The notes below the pieces were generated by a model. That model did not search any database and was not told the DNA's origin. It saw only the letters and a list, made by a program, of their open reading frames with translations. From a virus (lineage: Duplodnaviria > Caudoviricetes): a stretch of 60,996 bases of DNA. The translations under genes and the position numbers were made by a program. Every line of letters starts with the position of its first letter. The first letter of the stretch is position 1. The stretch spans positions 1-60,996 of IMG/VR virus record IMGVR_UViG_3300026512_000014. One strand, given 5' to 3'. Shown here one piece after another: positions 16,453 through 27,579 of the stretch.

Positions 16453-18300
16453 ATGGGCAAAAAACTGCCTAAGCAATTTACACATCCTGCGTGTAAAGAA
16501 TGCATTAAGCAACAAATTAAAAAATATGGGAAAATAACCATAAGATGTAATGGTTATAGACATGCGGATTATATTATCACAGATGAAGTTAAGCGACACA
16601 TGTCTGAAAATGAAATAAAAGAATTAAGAGCATTATATGACCCGGTAGAATGGGCATATAATAATATAGAAGTTAAACCAGGACAACCATGGGTGCCAAG
16701 AGTAAGTAGAGATGGGATAGAGTATCAAGCAAATTTATTAAGATGTTCTGCATACAGAGAAATATATAGATTGGGTAGAAGAGCAGGTAAGTCAGAAAGT
16801 TTAGCAATATTAATAATGTGGTATTCATTAACTAATAATAGTTGTGAAATACTTGTTATTGCACCATTTCAGTCACAGTTAGATGAAATATTTGAAAGAG
16901 TGACATCATATATAGAATCATCACCTAAAATTAAAATAATGTTTGAAAAATTTACAAAAACACCACATATTAAATTGTCATGGAAAAACGGGTCAGTTGT
17001 AAAAGCCTTGCCAATAGGCAAAACTGGAACCACTGTTAGGTCGAAATCTGCTGATATTATAATTGTTGATGAGGCGGATTATGTTGATGAAAGAACCTGG
17101 TCCGCCTTTCTTCCTATTTTAAACGATACACCAAATACAAGAATGATGCTTGCCTCAACTCCATCTGGAAGAAAATCAAGATTTTATTTGTTTGCACATT
17201 CTCCAACATATAAAGAATGGCATTATCCATCAACAATTCTTCCACACTGGAATGACCAGATGGAAGCAGAAATGAGAGCAGAACTTACAAATGTTGGATA
17301 CCAACATGAAGTGTTGGCAGAATGGGGTGATTCAGAATTACTTGCTGTACAAAATAAATATATAGAGCAATCTAAAGCAGATTATATATATGAAATAAAA
17401 TTAAATCCTGGATGGGTATATTCTATGGGAGTTGACTGGAACTCACATAGAAATGGTACAAGAATAATTATAACAGGTCATGATGTTGCACATCAAAGAT
17501 GGAAAATTGTGTATAAAGAAATTATTGATAGCAAAGAATGGACTCAAACCAAATCTATTGAAAAAATATTAGAACTTATTGAACTATATCAAATTTCATA
17601 TGTTTTTCTTGATGATGGATATGGTGCAACAAATCTTGAAGTAATAAGAAAATATGCAGATATGGCAAATCCTGATTCACGTATATATAAAATTAAAGAT
17701 TATATTAAAGCAATCAACTTTAGTTCTATGCTTGAGGTTAAAGACCCGATAACAAATAAAAAAGTATTAAAACCTGCAAAACCATTTATGGTTGAAAACA
17801 TGGTTAGATTTTTTGAAAAGAACATTATTAATATTTCTAAATATGATGAAGATTTAGTTAGACAATTAGAAAATTATGGTGTTATAGGGTTTAGAAAAGA
17901 TAATGGTATACCTATATATGGAACGTTTGATAATGATATAGGTGACCATGATGTTGATGCATTAATGTTATCATTATTGCCATTTACCTTGTATAGCACT
18001 TTATTTGAGCAAACACATTTATCAGGCGGTCTTATTGCAGAATCAAGCGCAATAACACCAATTGTAAGTTCACAAAAACAAGAAGAGGATGATGATGACG
18101 ATGACGAAATAGAAATTATAGATTATCAAAAAGAACCGCATAAATTATCAGACGTAGAAACACAGTCATTTAAAGGCATGTCAGTTGCACAATATTTTAT
18201 GCTTAAAGAAAGACAAAAAAACAGTGCAATTAATCAATCAAGATTTTCAAGAAAAAACATAAGAAACAACCCATTGCCCAGAAAAAGAACTTGGAGGTAA
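16453..18300 (+). CDS. terL: Terminase large subunit
   Basis: Walker A GRRAGKS, Walker B IIVDEAD, ASTP coupling motif, nuclease motifs GVDW, DDGYG, DHDVDA. Confidence 0.95.
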   Translation: MGKKLPKQFTHPACKECIKQQIKKYGKITIRCNGYRHADYIITDEVKRHMSENEIKELRALYDPVEWAYNNIEVKPGQPWVPRVSRDGIEYQANLLRCSAYREIYRLGRRAGKSESLAILIMWYSLTNNSCEILVIAPFQSQLDEIFERVTSYIESSPKIKIMFEKFTKTPHIKLSWKNGSVVKALPIGKTGTTVRSKSADIIIVDEADYVDERTWSAFLPILNDTPNTRMMLASTPSGRKSRFYLFAHSPTYKEWHYPSTILPHWNDQMEAEMRAELTNVGYQHEVLAEWGDSELLAVQNKYIEQSKADYIYEIKLNPGWVYSMGVDWNSHRNGTRIIITGHDVAHQRWKIVYKEIIDSKEWTQTKSIEKILELIELYQISYVFLDDGYGATNLEVIRKYADMANPDSRIYKIKDYIKAINFSSMLEVKDPITNKKVLKPAKPFMVENMVRFFEKNIINISKYDEDLVRQLENYGVIGFRKDNGIPIYGTFDNDIGDHDVDALMLSLLPFTLYSTLFEQTHLSGGLIAESSAITPIVSSQKQEEDDDDDDEIEIIDYQKEPHKLSDVETQSFKGMSVAQYFMLKERQKNSAINQSRFSRKNIRNNPLPRKRTWR

Positions 18301-18303
18301 TAA

Positions 18304-18741
18304 ATGTTAAAATTATATCAAGAGTTAACTGACCAAACAATTAAAGAAATTTCAGATGAATCAAGTAACACATTATCACCTATATTTTGTAGAATAGACT
18401 CGGTAGAAGGTGCAACATTATTAATTAAAAACATATTAGCAAACGAAGATGAAGACATTAGATACAAAAATATAACAATATCAATTGATGATAATGCAGA
18501 TTCATTACCAAGTGAATTAATGATTAAACTTATGGTAAAAGAAACATCACCAACATTAGATGAACTTAATACCGTACCAAATAAAAACAGTGTCTTTATA
18601 GATAAAATAGAGCCGCAATCATATCTTAATGTATGGTTGTACATCAATTATCCAGGTGCAACATCATTAGGTCTTTTAAATGCATTACAGCATGTATATA
18701 ATATTAGACTTGTAGTAGAAAGTGATGAGGAAGCAATATGA
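18304..18741 (+). CDS. Hypothetical structural protein
   Basis: GGAGGT SD; in the head operon. Confidence 0.75.
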   Translation: MLKLYQELTDQTIKEISDESSNTLSPIFCRIDSVEGATLLIKNILANEDEDIRYKNITISIDDNADSLPSELMIKLMVKETSPTLDELNTVPNKNSVFIDKIEPQSYLNVWLYINYPGATSLGLLNALQHVYNIRLVVESDEEAI

Positions 18742-19184
18742 CAACGACAAGATATCATTTAATTATTGATATTAAAACTATTGAAAAAGTAAAAGATAAA
18801 AAAAAGCAACTTACATCATTTGATATTAACTTGAATATATCAAGGCCAAAGAAAGAGGTCAAACAATCTACTTATAAAGAAGAAACACAAGAACAAGAGC
18901 AGATAGATGTATATAACCTTGCGAAAACAACAATAAATGGATATAGATTATTATCAAACAAGTATGATGAAATGATTGATTTTCTCGTAGAAAAAAATAA
19001 AGACAAAAAAATAACCATAGATAAAAATAATGTTAAGTTACAGGAAGCAATATATAAATTATTTGGAGAATTACGAACAGAAATAACATTTAAAGAATAT
19101 ATTGAATTATTAAAGTTATCTCACATATATGCAAAAGAACTCGGCAAAAGACAATCGGAGGGCGTAATTGCTTCAGGATATTAA
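18738..19184 (+). CDS. Hypothetical protein
   Basis: ATGA overlap with the upstream gene; GAGG SD. Confidence 0.75.
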   Translation: MTTTRYHLIIDIKTIEKVKDKKKQLTSFDINLNISRPKKEVKQSTYKEETQEQEQIDVYNLAKTTINGYRLLSNKYDEMIDFLVEKNKDKKITIDKNNVKLQEAIYKLFGELRTEITFKEYIELLKLSHIYAKELGKRQSEGVIASGY

Positions 19185-19608
19185 TGTTACAAATACAGCA
19201 ATAGCAAATATATTTGAACCACTTGCTGCACCGCTAAAATTAAAAGGTGTAGATTATACTACATCTGCCTTTACATTTGATAATATATGGAGATTATATG
19301 CACGTTTGTATCCTCTTATGATGTTAGATTTTGTTCATCAAAAAGATTATAATACGTTTGTAAAGTTTGTTAAAGCACATAAACACAAGGTTGTTGCACA
19401 TAAAATTGCTTTGCCATCTGGGCAACTTGCAGCGTTTCATCCATTAACTTTAATGATTCTCGCTGCAACTGTTTCTCCAGAGCCTTGGAGCGGATTACCT
19501 GCTAAAAATATACCAGGAGGTTTATTAATGAATCCTATGTATAATGCGTTAAGAACATTATCAAAAACAACTCTTGAAATAGATAAAAAGAAAAAGGAAT
19601 ATTTATGA
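19168..19608 (+). CDS. Hypothetical protein
   Basis: TTG start with GGAGG SD; fills the operon gap. Confidence 0.7.
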   Translation: MLQDINVTNTAIANIFEPLAAPLKLKGVDYTTSAFTFDNIWRLYARLYPLMMLDFVHQKDYNTFVKFVKAHKHKVVAHKIALPSGQLAAFHPLTLMILAATVSPEPWSGLPAKNIPGGLLMNPMYNALRTLSKTTLEIDKKKKEYL

Positions 19609-21149
19609 TTAATGATGAAGTTAATGTAAACCAAGATGATATAGGTTATAACAATGTTCTCGAAGAACAACAAAATGAAGTTGTCATTAATGATGTTTCT
19701 GAAGTCCCTGATATAACAATTAATGACTTGATATCATCAATAGGAACAGTAACATCAGAGGCAGAAAAAACAATGGCACAAGAAGACCCAGAGTTAGCAA
19801 GAGATGCAGTTGTGGCAAAAACAGTAATTAATAATAAGGCAATTGCAGATGAAAACGGAAATGCGACAGAAACTATATCAAAAATGTTACCCAGAGATAA
19901 TTCTGGTATAAATAATTTTGGCGATAGCAATTCTATCCCAGGGCTTGACAAGCCGCTTGATTTTAAAGACCAACAAAGTATAATAGAAGAATGTTTCCCA
20001 TGTCTTGATAGACCAGAAATATCAAGTGGATTTAAATCGGCAGTTTCTCAAATATTTTCAATGTATTTTCAAATGTTTGATATGATTGCATCATTGCCAA
20101 AACTTGTATCTGCTATAAGTGCACCTGCAAATGCTTATTCATTTGTATGTAGTTTACTTAATGCGTTTAGAGCAATATGTATTCCAGATTTAGAAAGAAT
20201 GTTAACATTAATAGAATATTATTTAAGTAGACTATTTTTATATCAATTGAGAAAGTTCACATTTATTCTTGATATAAATATGGATATAGTTTTTATACCA
20301 TTTTATGCAGGTTTAATGAAATTAATAACAGTTGTTATAGATGAAATATTAAAACCTGTGCAATGTATTATATATTCATTTGACACACAAGCAAAAAAAA
20401 TACCAGGTGCATATGAAGAAATACAAAAACTTAAAGGTTCTAATAAATTTGATAACCCTTTTGCCGCATTGACATATATATCTGAAAAATTACAAGAAGC
20501 ACTTAATGATGCTACAATGAATTTATATACAGCAATTCACGATTGGCAAGCATATATGTGTAAAATAGGATTGCAAATAAAACAGGTTTTATATCTTATA
20601 GAACAGATAGATGAATTTTTACAAATGTATTCTGTTATCAAGGCATTGATAAATATAAAACAAACATCAGAAAGATGTGATGACCCAAATGCACCAAATA
20701 AATATGCTACATCAATTTTAAAAGACGTGTTTAATGTAGAAGTTAATGACAACGGTGATATATATGAAAAACCCCCAATAATATTAGATAACAAAGAAGA
20801 TGAAATATTAGATGATATTATAACAACATTTGATAAAGTTCATAAAGAAGACACAACGGTTAGAATGCCATCAGGAAACATAGTTTCATATACACATATA
20901 AAAAATATGATAACAAACATGTATAACAATAACGACAATATAACACAGGGCATAGCAAATATTGGTTCAACTGTTACATTGTCATATAATGAATCTATAA
21001 AAAATATAGACACACTAAATGAATTTAAACAAAAATATAATGTAAACAACTTATACACTGGAAATGTTAACAATAATGACAGTTTAGATTATAATATACA
21101 AAATGGATATGTTATAATAGGTAATGTATCCGCTAATTGTAGGGAGTGA
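19605..21149 (+). CDS. Hypothetical protein with a Cys-containing helical core
   Basis: 514 aa directly upstream of the portal; ECFPC, CSLL..ICIPDL. Confidence 0.8.
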   Translation: MINDEVNVNQDDIGYNNVLEEQQNEVVINDVSEVPDITINDLISSIGTVTSEAEKTMAQEDPELARDAVVAKTVINNKAIADENGNATETISKMLPRDNSGINNFGDSNSIPGLDKPLDFKDQQSIIEECFPCLDRPEISSGFKSAVSQIFSMYFQMFDMIASLPKLVSAISAPANAYSFVCSLLNAFRAICIPDLERMLTLIEYYLSRLFLYQLRKFTFILDINMDIVFIPFYAGLMKLITVVIDEILKPVQCIIYSFDTQAKKIPGAYEEIQKLKGSNKFDNPFAALTYISEKLQEALNDATMNLYTAIHDWQAYMCKIGLQIKQVLYLIEQIDEFLQMYSVIKALINIKQTSERCDDPNAPNKYATSILKDVFNVEVNDNGDIYEKPPIILDNKEDEILDDIITTFDKVHKEDTTVRMPSGNIVSYTHIKNMITNMYNNNDNITQGIANIGSTVTLSYNESIKNIDTLNEFKQKYNVNNLYTGNVNNNDSLDYNIQNGYVIIGNVSANCRE

Positions 21150-21152
21150 TAA

Positions 21153-22820
21153 ATGAATGAACAAAATATGAACACAAAAATCACCAACACAAATAATGAA
21201 AATAATAATTCTATAACACATACCAAAGATAAAATTAATCCAAAGTGGCAACAACTTAAACCAATTTCATATAGCGCAATAAGCCAGCCAAGAACCGTTA
21301 CACCAAAGGCAAAAAATATATATTTGCCAGAATATAATTTTGTAGAAATTACACAACTGCTTGATATTGAATCTTATTTTTCAAGGTCTATTATCAAAAA
21401 AATGAATGTTATATTTAAAGAAGGATATGAACTATATTCAGAAAATAGTAGAATTTTAAAAAAGGTTAAAGAAAGATTATATGAATTTGAATATGTAACA
21501 ACAACACCGTTTGATTTATTGTTATATAATATTGTTAGAGAATTATTAATATATTCAAATGTATTTATAGCAAAAATTAGAGACAAAAAATCAACATCAG
21601 CAAAAGGCGCAAAAATTGGTAAAAAGAAAATGGTGCCAATTGCAGGATTTAAAATATTACCAACACCATATGTTGTAATAGGTACAGATGACCAAGGTGT
21701 TATTACTAATTATTATGTATCAATAAATAACACAACAATAGAAGAATATGCACCAGAAGATATTATTCATATACACAAAGATAAGAAACCTGGATTTTTA
21801 TATGGAACACCAGAGGTTGTGCCGGTTATAGAAGATATCTTCGAGTTAAGACGTATAGAAGAAAATGTCACACAAACAATATATAGAACAGCGACTCCAT
21901 TGTTAATAGTTACAGTTGGCACAGAAGAGCATCCAGCAAAAGTTTTGTCAGATGGTAAAACAGAACTTGATATAGCAAAACAAATTATTGAAAATGCAGA
22001 ACCAGGCTCGGCATTAATTTTCCCAGAAAGACACAAAATAGAATTTGTTGGTCCAAAATCTGCGACACTTAATGTTAAAGATTATTTAGCGCATTTTAAA
22101 AAGAGAGTATTTGCTGGATTATCAATGTCCGCTTATGACTTTGGAGAAACAGATTCTGCAAACAGAGGGTCTGCCACTGGACTTTCTAAAGATTTTATTA
22201 ATTATTGTAAGGGTATACAACAATATATTAATATTTTTATAAAGCAAATGTTTAGAGAAATAGTTGCTGAACACACAACTCTTGCAAACGCATATACTCA
22301 AAAATATGAAATAACAATTAAGTGGGGTGAAATTGATACAGAAAGAGTATATAAACATGAAAACGCAACTGCACAATTGTTTTTATCTGGAATTATTACA
22401 ATAGATGAGGCAAGAAAACGTCTTAATTTACCAGAAGATGTTGAATTAGAAAAATTATTCTTTTATATATCAAAAAGTGCAGAAGGCGCAGATGATAATG
22501 TATATAATGAAGAATCAGCAAAAGAACAAACAAAATCTGTAAACAGTCCTACAAACCAACACGTATCAAATATGTTAGAAAAATTTGCATTTGACAAACC
22601 AAAATATAAATATAATAGTTTAAAAGATGAACATAAAAGACGAATAATAATATCAGATATTTCTAATACTTATAATATAGACTATGTAATGGCAAAGATG
22701 TATGTAGAATTATCTGAACAATTAGCAGAAACACATGACACAACACAGAGAGATGTATATTTTAATATATATTTAAAAAGTTTTTTACAAGGAGAACCAA
22801 ATGCCAGTCAAGATAAGTGA
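21153..22820 (+). CDS. Portal protein
   Basis: Size, position before the protease, and portal-like motifs (ELLIYSNVF, EDIIHI, YGTP..V, GIITIDEARKRL). Confidence 0.9.
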   Translation: MNEQNMNTKITNTNNENNNSITHTKDKINPKWQQLKPISYSAISQPRTVTPKAKNIYLPEYNFVEITQLLDIESYFSRSIIKKMNVIFKEGYELYSENSRILKKVKERLYEFEYVTTTPFDLLLYNIVRELLIYSNVFIAKIRDKKSTSAKGAKIGKKKMVPIAGFKILPTPYVVIGTDDQGVITNYYVSINNTTIEEYAPEDIIHIHKDKKPGFLYGTPEVVPVIEDIFELRRIEENVTQTIYRTATPLLIVTVGTEEHPAKVLSDGKTELDIAKQIIENAEPGSALIFPERHKIEFVGPKSATLNVKDYLAHFKKRVFAGLSMSAYDFGETDSANRGSATGLSKDFINYCKGIQQYINIFIKQMFREIVAEHTTLANAYTQKYEITIKWGEIDTERVYKHENATAQLFLSGIITIDEARKRLNLPEDVELEKLFFYISKSAEGADDNVYNEESAKEQTKSVNSPTNQHVSNMLEKFAFDKPKYKYNSLKDEHKRRIIISDISNTYNIDYVMAKMYVELSEQLAETHDTTQRDVYFNIYLKSFLQGEPNASQDK

Positions 22821-24126
22821 TGCAAGTTCAGATACATTAAGACAATATATAACAAATAATTCTTTGTATGTTGGTATTAATGTTAGTCATGCAGGCTTTA
22901 TTAATAAAAATAATTTTTATTATATTCCAGAATTAATGAGAGATAGTGTTGGAACATTTATAGAACCATATGAAAAGCCATTTATAAAACATCATGATTT
23001 ACATGCAGAACCAATTGGTAGAGTAATTTATAGTGAATTTAGATATACAAATGACGAATATAAAATGTTTGAAAATAACACATATGATTATAAAATATTA
23101 GTTCAAGACACAATAAGAAGATTAAAAACATTTAAAACAGATTTAAAAGATGTTAATTCTTCTATTGGTTATATTTATACAATCGTTAAAATTTCTGATA
23201 AAGATGCAATAGATAAAATTTTAAGCGGTTTATATAAAACTGTTTCAGTATCAGCAAGCACCAATCATTCTGTATGCTCAATCTGCGGTACAGATTGGTC
23301 AACAGGTGAATCTTGCGAACACGAACCATTTAGAGGAGGTGTTGATGACGAAGGCAACCCAGTGTGTTTCATTGCCGGTCTATTTGACTATGAAGAAATT
23401 AGTATTGTAAATGTTCCTGCTGACCCATATGCCGTTATAGAGGACATATGGTCAGAGGAAGAAGTAATGGCATATATAAACAAAAAGACAGGAGGAGTTA
23501 AGATGTCTGATAAATCAAAAAACACAAATATTCAAGATAGCGCAAAAGATGACGCTACAAAAGTTAAAGACCTTGAGAAAGAACTTGAAACATTAAAAGA
23601 AAAACTCAAGGAAATGGAAGACCTTAATAAGGCCAAAGATGAAGAAATTAAAACACTCAATGATGCTAACAAAACGCTTATTGATGAGTTGAGAGAAATC
23701 TATCTTACAAAACTTAAAGATACGCTCGTTGCTCTTGGTAAAAAAGAAGAAGAAGTTACTAAACTTATTGACCAGTATAAAGACAAAACTATTGAACAAC
23801 TTAAAGATTATATCTCTTTAGTATCAATTATGACCGTTAAAGATGAAGAAGACAAAGAAGATAAAAAAGAAGATACAAAAGTAGAAGATAAAGACAAAAA
23901 AGAAGATAAAAAAGATGAAGATGAAGAAAAACCTAATATTGATAATCTTGAAGATACTAAACAAGAATTCGACAAAAACAATAAAACAATGATTACAGAT
24001 GATGCAAAGAATAAACATGAGATTGATAAACTTTCTAAAATGGCAAGTTATTATGCAAAAATCGGAGACACTATAAGAAGAGACGAATGTATCGCTAAAA
24101 TCAAAGCATTAAAGAATATTAAGTAA
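22801..24126 (+). CDS. Prohead protease with a C-terminal scaffold region
   Basis: KHHD..PIGR, KTVSVS, CSICG..CEH, EEISIVNVPAD; charged coiled-coil C-terminal half. Confidence 0.88.
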   Translation: MPVKISDASSDTLRQYITNNSLYVGINVSHAGFINKNNFYYIPELMRDSVGTFIEPYEKPFIKHHDLHAEPIGRVIYSEFRYTNDEYKMFENNTYDYKILVQDTIRRLKTFKTDLKDVNSSIGYIYTIVKISDKDAIDKILSGLYKTVSVSASTNHSVCSICGTDWSTGESCEHEPFRGGVDDEGNPVCFIAGLFDYEEISIVNVPADPYAVIEDIWSEEEVMAYINKKTGGVKMSDKSKNTNIQDSAKDDATKVKDLEKELETLKEKLKEMEDLNKAKDEEIKTLNDANKTLIDELREIYLTKLKDTLVALGKKEEEVTKLIDQYKDKTIEQLKDYISLVSIMTVKDEEDKEDKKEDTKVEDKDKKEDKKDEDEEKPNIDNLEDTKQEFDKNNKTMITDDAKNKHEIDKLSKMASYYAKIGDTIRRDECIAKIKALKNIK

Positions 24127-24145
24127 TATAGATTGGAGGTGATAA

Positions 24146-25252
24146 GTGACTGCTAAATTTAAAGTCCCCTTTATAACAGGCGACAGAAACACACCATTAG
24201 TATTCCATAATAGGGATACTTGTCCGTATGGGGACTACAAGAAAGCACCATTCTTACCATTGGTAAGATTTAACGAAGTAAAAGAAACGTGGGTTACAAT
24301 ATCCGCAGGTAAGCCTGTATCATTGTTAATCCCTAATTATCCAAAAGATTTAAATACCATGTTTATGGAGCCTGACAAATCTGTATCAAGCAATGTATTT
24401 ATTGTACCTGCTGGATTATATTATCAGTTAAAATACTTAAAAGAAAACGGATTACTTGATGAAACAACAGGTGGCTGCGGTGGACGACTTGATGATTTAA
24501 GACAAGCACTTGAAGATATTGGCGGTACAAAATATACAATTATAGATGTTGATGAGGGTGTAAAGAACTTCCTTGGACAACCTGTTACAGCGGGAGAATT
24601 TGTATTAGAGTCTATGATAAATTATTTTTATGCGACAAACAGGTGTACAGCAAGGCCGTTGGTTACCATTACACCACCCATTGGATTAAATATGTATGAT
24701 ATGTTTATGGCAGGACATGATACAATATTTGATACAGCAACGAAAAAGTATATGAATTTTGAACCACAAGAAAGAGGTGCTTTTGCAAGAAAGGCATATA
24801 TAGAAATACCTGTATTATCTGACCAAGACTTTGTAGAACCATATGGCGGATTTATTTTACCAGGGCTAACATGTCTTGTCACATCAAGTTACGATAATAT
24901 AGATGATTATGCACATAATGAAAGTAATTTTAAGGGTAAATTCTTTAGACCGATTACTATTAGGTCTGATTCAAATTTCTCATTTATTAATGCAGATGAG
25001 AAAAGTGATAGTGACCCTGAACTTTCATTTGGAAGAGTATTGTATTATGCTGATATATTTGAAATGCCATTTAATTTAACAGACTATGTTAAAACAGTAC
25101 CCAATGTAAATAGTATAGATGAATGGGCAAAAGTAACCTCTAATGCAACTGGCGGTCTTGATGAAGCATTGTTTTTAACAAGATGGGCTATCGGTAAGGC
25201 TTATATAGAAGTTGATTTTTCAACTATAAAAGCAGAACCCGTAGGTATATAA
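24146..25252 (+). CDS. Head-associated (decoration-like) protein, paralogue 1
   Basis: Between protease and major capsid; GTG start with GGAGGTGA SD; paralogous to 25281-26252. Confidence 0.7.
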   Translation: MTAKFKVPFITGDRNTPLVFHNRDTCPYGDYKKAPFLPLVRFNEVKETWVTISAGKPVSLLIPNYPKDLNTMFMEPDKSVSSNVFIVPAGLYYQLKYLKENGLLDETTGGCGGRLDDLRQALEDIGGTKYTIIDVDEGVKNFLGQPVTAGEFVLESMINYFYATNRCTARPLVTITPPIGLNMYDMFMAGHDTIFDTATKKYMNFEPQERGAFARKAYIEIPVLSDQDFVEPYGGFILPGLTCLVTSSYDNIDDYAHNESNFKGKFFRPITIRSDSNFSFINADEKSDSDPELSFGRVLYYADIFEMPFNLTDYVKTVPNVNSIDEWAKVTSNATGGLDEALFLTRWAIGKAYIEVDFSTIKAEPVGI

Positions 25253-25280
25253 TTATAAATTTTAATAAAGGAGAAAACAC

Positions 25281-26252
25281 ATGACTGAATTTAAAATCCC
25301 ATTTGATACTGGTGATAGGAATACTCCTATTGTAGTTACCTCAAGAGAACAAGGTGTTGACGGAAGTTTTTATATTGCGCCTTTCTTACCATTGGTAAGA
25401 GCAACTAAGGCGCATCAAACTTACATTGTTCTCAATGCCGGTAAAGTAGTATCATTTTTAACATCAACTGAACATCCTGATATGAAGGTTGTTGTTCCTG
25501 CCGGTCTTAAAAAAGATCTTGAGGAATTTATTACCGCTGTACAAGGTGGTGCCACTGATGAAGCAACAGCATCTGCAAACTGTAAAAATAAGTACACCGT
25601 TATTGATGTTCAAGAAGGCGTTCATAATTATGCAGGAAATTTAGTAATAGAAGGCGAAGCAGTTGTTGCTTCTATGGTTGATGCTGATTATTCAGCACAT
25701 ACAGCAACTGCAAAAGTAGTAATATCTGACCCCGTTGGTGTTCTTTCATATAATGCACTTAGAAGTGCTTATAAAACATTGTATAGTTTATCTGAAGCAA
25801 ATATGGGCAATACTGTATATATGAATTTTAGGCCACAAGATGGCATTGCTTTCAGTAAAGTTGCAAGAATGGAACTTCCTATTGTTAAATCTGACACAAA
25901 GAATTCATTTAAAATGAGAGGTCTTACTTGTCTTGCCGTTGAACCAACATGGACAAGAGTTGATACAACCAAGGTAATGGGCGCATATTTAACATATGAT
26001 GCCGATTCAGACTTAGTACTTGCAGATATGTCTTCAGTAAAATGGTATGAAATTGTTGGTAGAGTATATTTTGTAGAAAACGTAGGAACAGAACTTCCTG
26101 CTAACTTAACAGACTATGTAAAGACAACACCAAATCCGAATTCATTACCAGAGCAGTTTAGAGTTACTTCTAATGCCACAGGCGGTTTAGATGAGTCACT
26201 TTATCTTACAGATGCACTTGGTAAAGCACGTGTAAATGTGTTTGTATTATAA
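25281..26252 (+). CDS. Head-associated (decoration-like) protein, paralogue 2
   Basis: Shares TGDRNTP, APFLPLVR, NLTDYVKT.PN.NS and VTSNATGGLDE with paralogue 1. Confidence 0.7.
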   Translation: MTEFKIPFDTGDRNTPIVVTSREQGVDGSFYIAPFLPLVRATKAHQTYIVLNAGKVVSFLTSTEHPDMKVVVPAGLKKDLEEFITAVQGGATDEATASANCKNKYTVIDVQEGVHNYAGNLVIEGEAVVASMVDADYSAHTATAKVVISDPVGVLSYNALRSAYKTLYSLSEANMGNTVYMNFRPQDGIAFSKVARMELPIVKSDTKNSFKMRGLTCLAVEPTWTRVDTTKVMGAYLTYDADSDLVLADMSSVKWYEIVGRVYFVENVGTELPANLTDYVKTTPNPNSLPEQFRVTSNATGGLDESLYLTDALGKARVNVFVL

Positions 26253-26284
26253 TATAGGATAAAATAAATATAAGGAGACATATA

Positions 26285-27523
26285 ATGGCGATTAGATTTA
26301 AAGATAACAAATTGCAAATCGAAACAATTGAAGATGCGAAAACCATATTTAATAATGGCGGCATTGTGGTAACTGACGAGGGAGACCTTGTAAGAGTTAA
26401 AATTAAGGATATGATTGAAAAATATGACAGTGCTGCTTGGTTAACAAAAACTGTTGAAACAATTGTTAGAGAAGCGTTTCAGCCAAAACTTATTATTAAA
26501 AGCCTTTTCCAGAGGATTAACACTGATGCTAATGTAAAGGTTACAATCGTAAAACAGAAATCTGCTGCTGATATTGGTTCATTAGACGTAGCCGAAGGTC
26601 AGGAATACCCAACCTTAAAACTTGATGAAGCAGGCGGATACGTAACTGTTAACACCACTAAAAGTGGTATTCAGTTTATTATTACTGACGAAATGAAAGA
26701 GGCTTCACAATACGATATTATTAAAATGCATATTGAGCAAGCAACTTATGTTCTTGCAAGACACCTTGAAAAAAAAGCATTAGATTTATTATTATCAATG
26801 GGTACTGTAACCCATGATAACGATACTCCTGCTAACTCATTGTTCGGAACCACAACTGGTAGAGACATCAATGGTAACCCAAATGGAACAGTAACTGTTG
26901 ATGACATTGTTGAAGCATATTCAGCATTAATGACTGCTGGTTATACACCTGATATTATTATTGTATCACCTCTCACATGGGCAATGTGGATGAAAGACCC
27001 TGTGCTTAAATATTTTGCCCTCACAGCAAGAGGTCCTATGTATAATCTTCCGTCTGGAAGTGTATCACCAATGTGGGAAGGTGGAATGGGACCAACTGGG
27101 TACGGAGACCCTGGTAATCCTCCTGCAACAGGAAAAGATTTATTACCTGGATTTGAATTATCACCAAATATTCCATCTTACTTCCCGTTCCCAATTAGAG
27201 TGCTTGTGACTCCATTTATGCCAATTAATGTCGCTGGAACAAGAAAGGTTACAGATATTGTTGTTGCTGATAGTAGACATATCGGAGCCAATGTTGTTGA
27301 AAAAGATGTTAGAATTGACCAACATGTTGATTGGAAAATCGATTCAACAGTTGTTAAAATTTACACAAAACAGGGCTTTGCTATTTATGATGAAGGTAAA
27401 GGTATTGCGGTTATTAAGAACGTTGTTCTTGCTGACAACGCATACACTGTATCTCCATTGCTTCAGCCTACAAAAGAGATAAGCGGTAATATTGAGATTG
27501 ACAGAACAACAGAAATCTTTTAA
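26285..27523 (+). CDS. Major capsid protein (HK97 fold)
   Basis: VAEGQEYP, KSG..F.ITDEM..SQYD, PDIIIVSP; position in the head operon; downstream hairpin. Confidence 0.92.
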   Translation: MAIRFKDNKLQIETIEDAKTIFNNGGIVVTDEGDLVRVKIKDMIEKYDSAAWLTKTVETIVREAFQPKLIIKSLFQRINTDANVKVTIVKQKSAADIGSLDVAEGQEYPTLKLDEAGGYVTVNTTKSGIQFIITDEMKEASQYDIIKMHIEQATYVLARHLEKKALDLLLSMGTVTHDNDTPANSLFGTTTGRDINGNPNGTVTVDDIVEAYSALMTAGYTPDIIIVSPLTWAMWMKDPVLKYFALTARGPMYNLPSGSVSPMWEGGMGPTGYGDPGNPPATGKDLLPGFELSPNIPSYFPFPIRVLVTPFMPINVAGTRKVTDIVVADSRHIGANVVEKDVRIDQHVDWKIDSTVVKIYTKQGFAIYDEGKGIAVIKNVVLADNAYTVSPLLQPTKEISGNIEIDRTTEIF

Positions 27524-27537
27524 TAATTAATTAATAT

Positions 27538-27568
27538 GGGGGAGCATGTCTCCCCCCAAATACTTTTT
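27538..27568 (+). terminator. Hairpin / weak terminator after the major capsid gene
   Basis: GGGGGAG-catgt-CTCCCCC, with the T-run displaced by several bases. Confidence 0.55.
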
Positions 27569-27579
27569 ATGGAGGGTAC

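Noticed and set aside
16453-18300. Intein or intron in the terminase
   Set aside because: Motifs are contiguous at normal length, with no splicing or homing-endonuclease motifs seen
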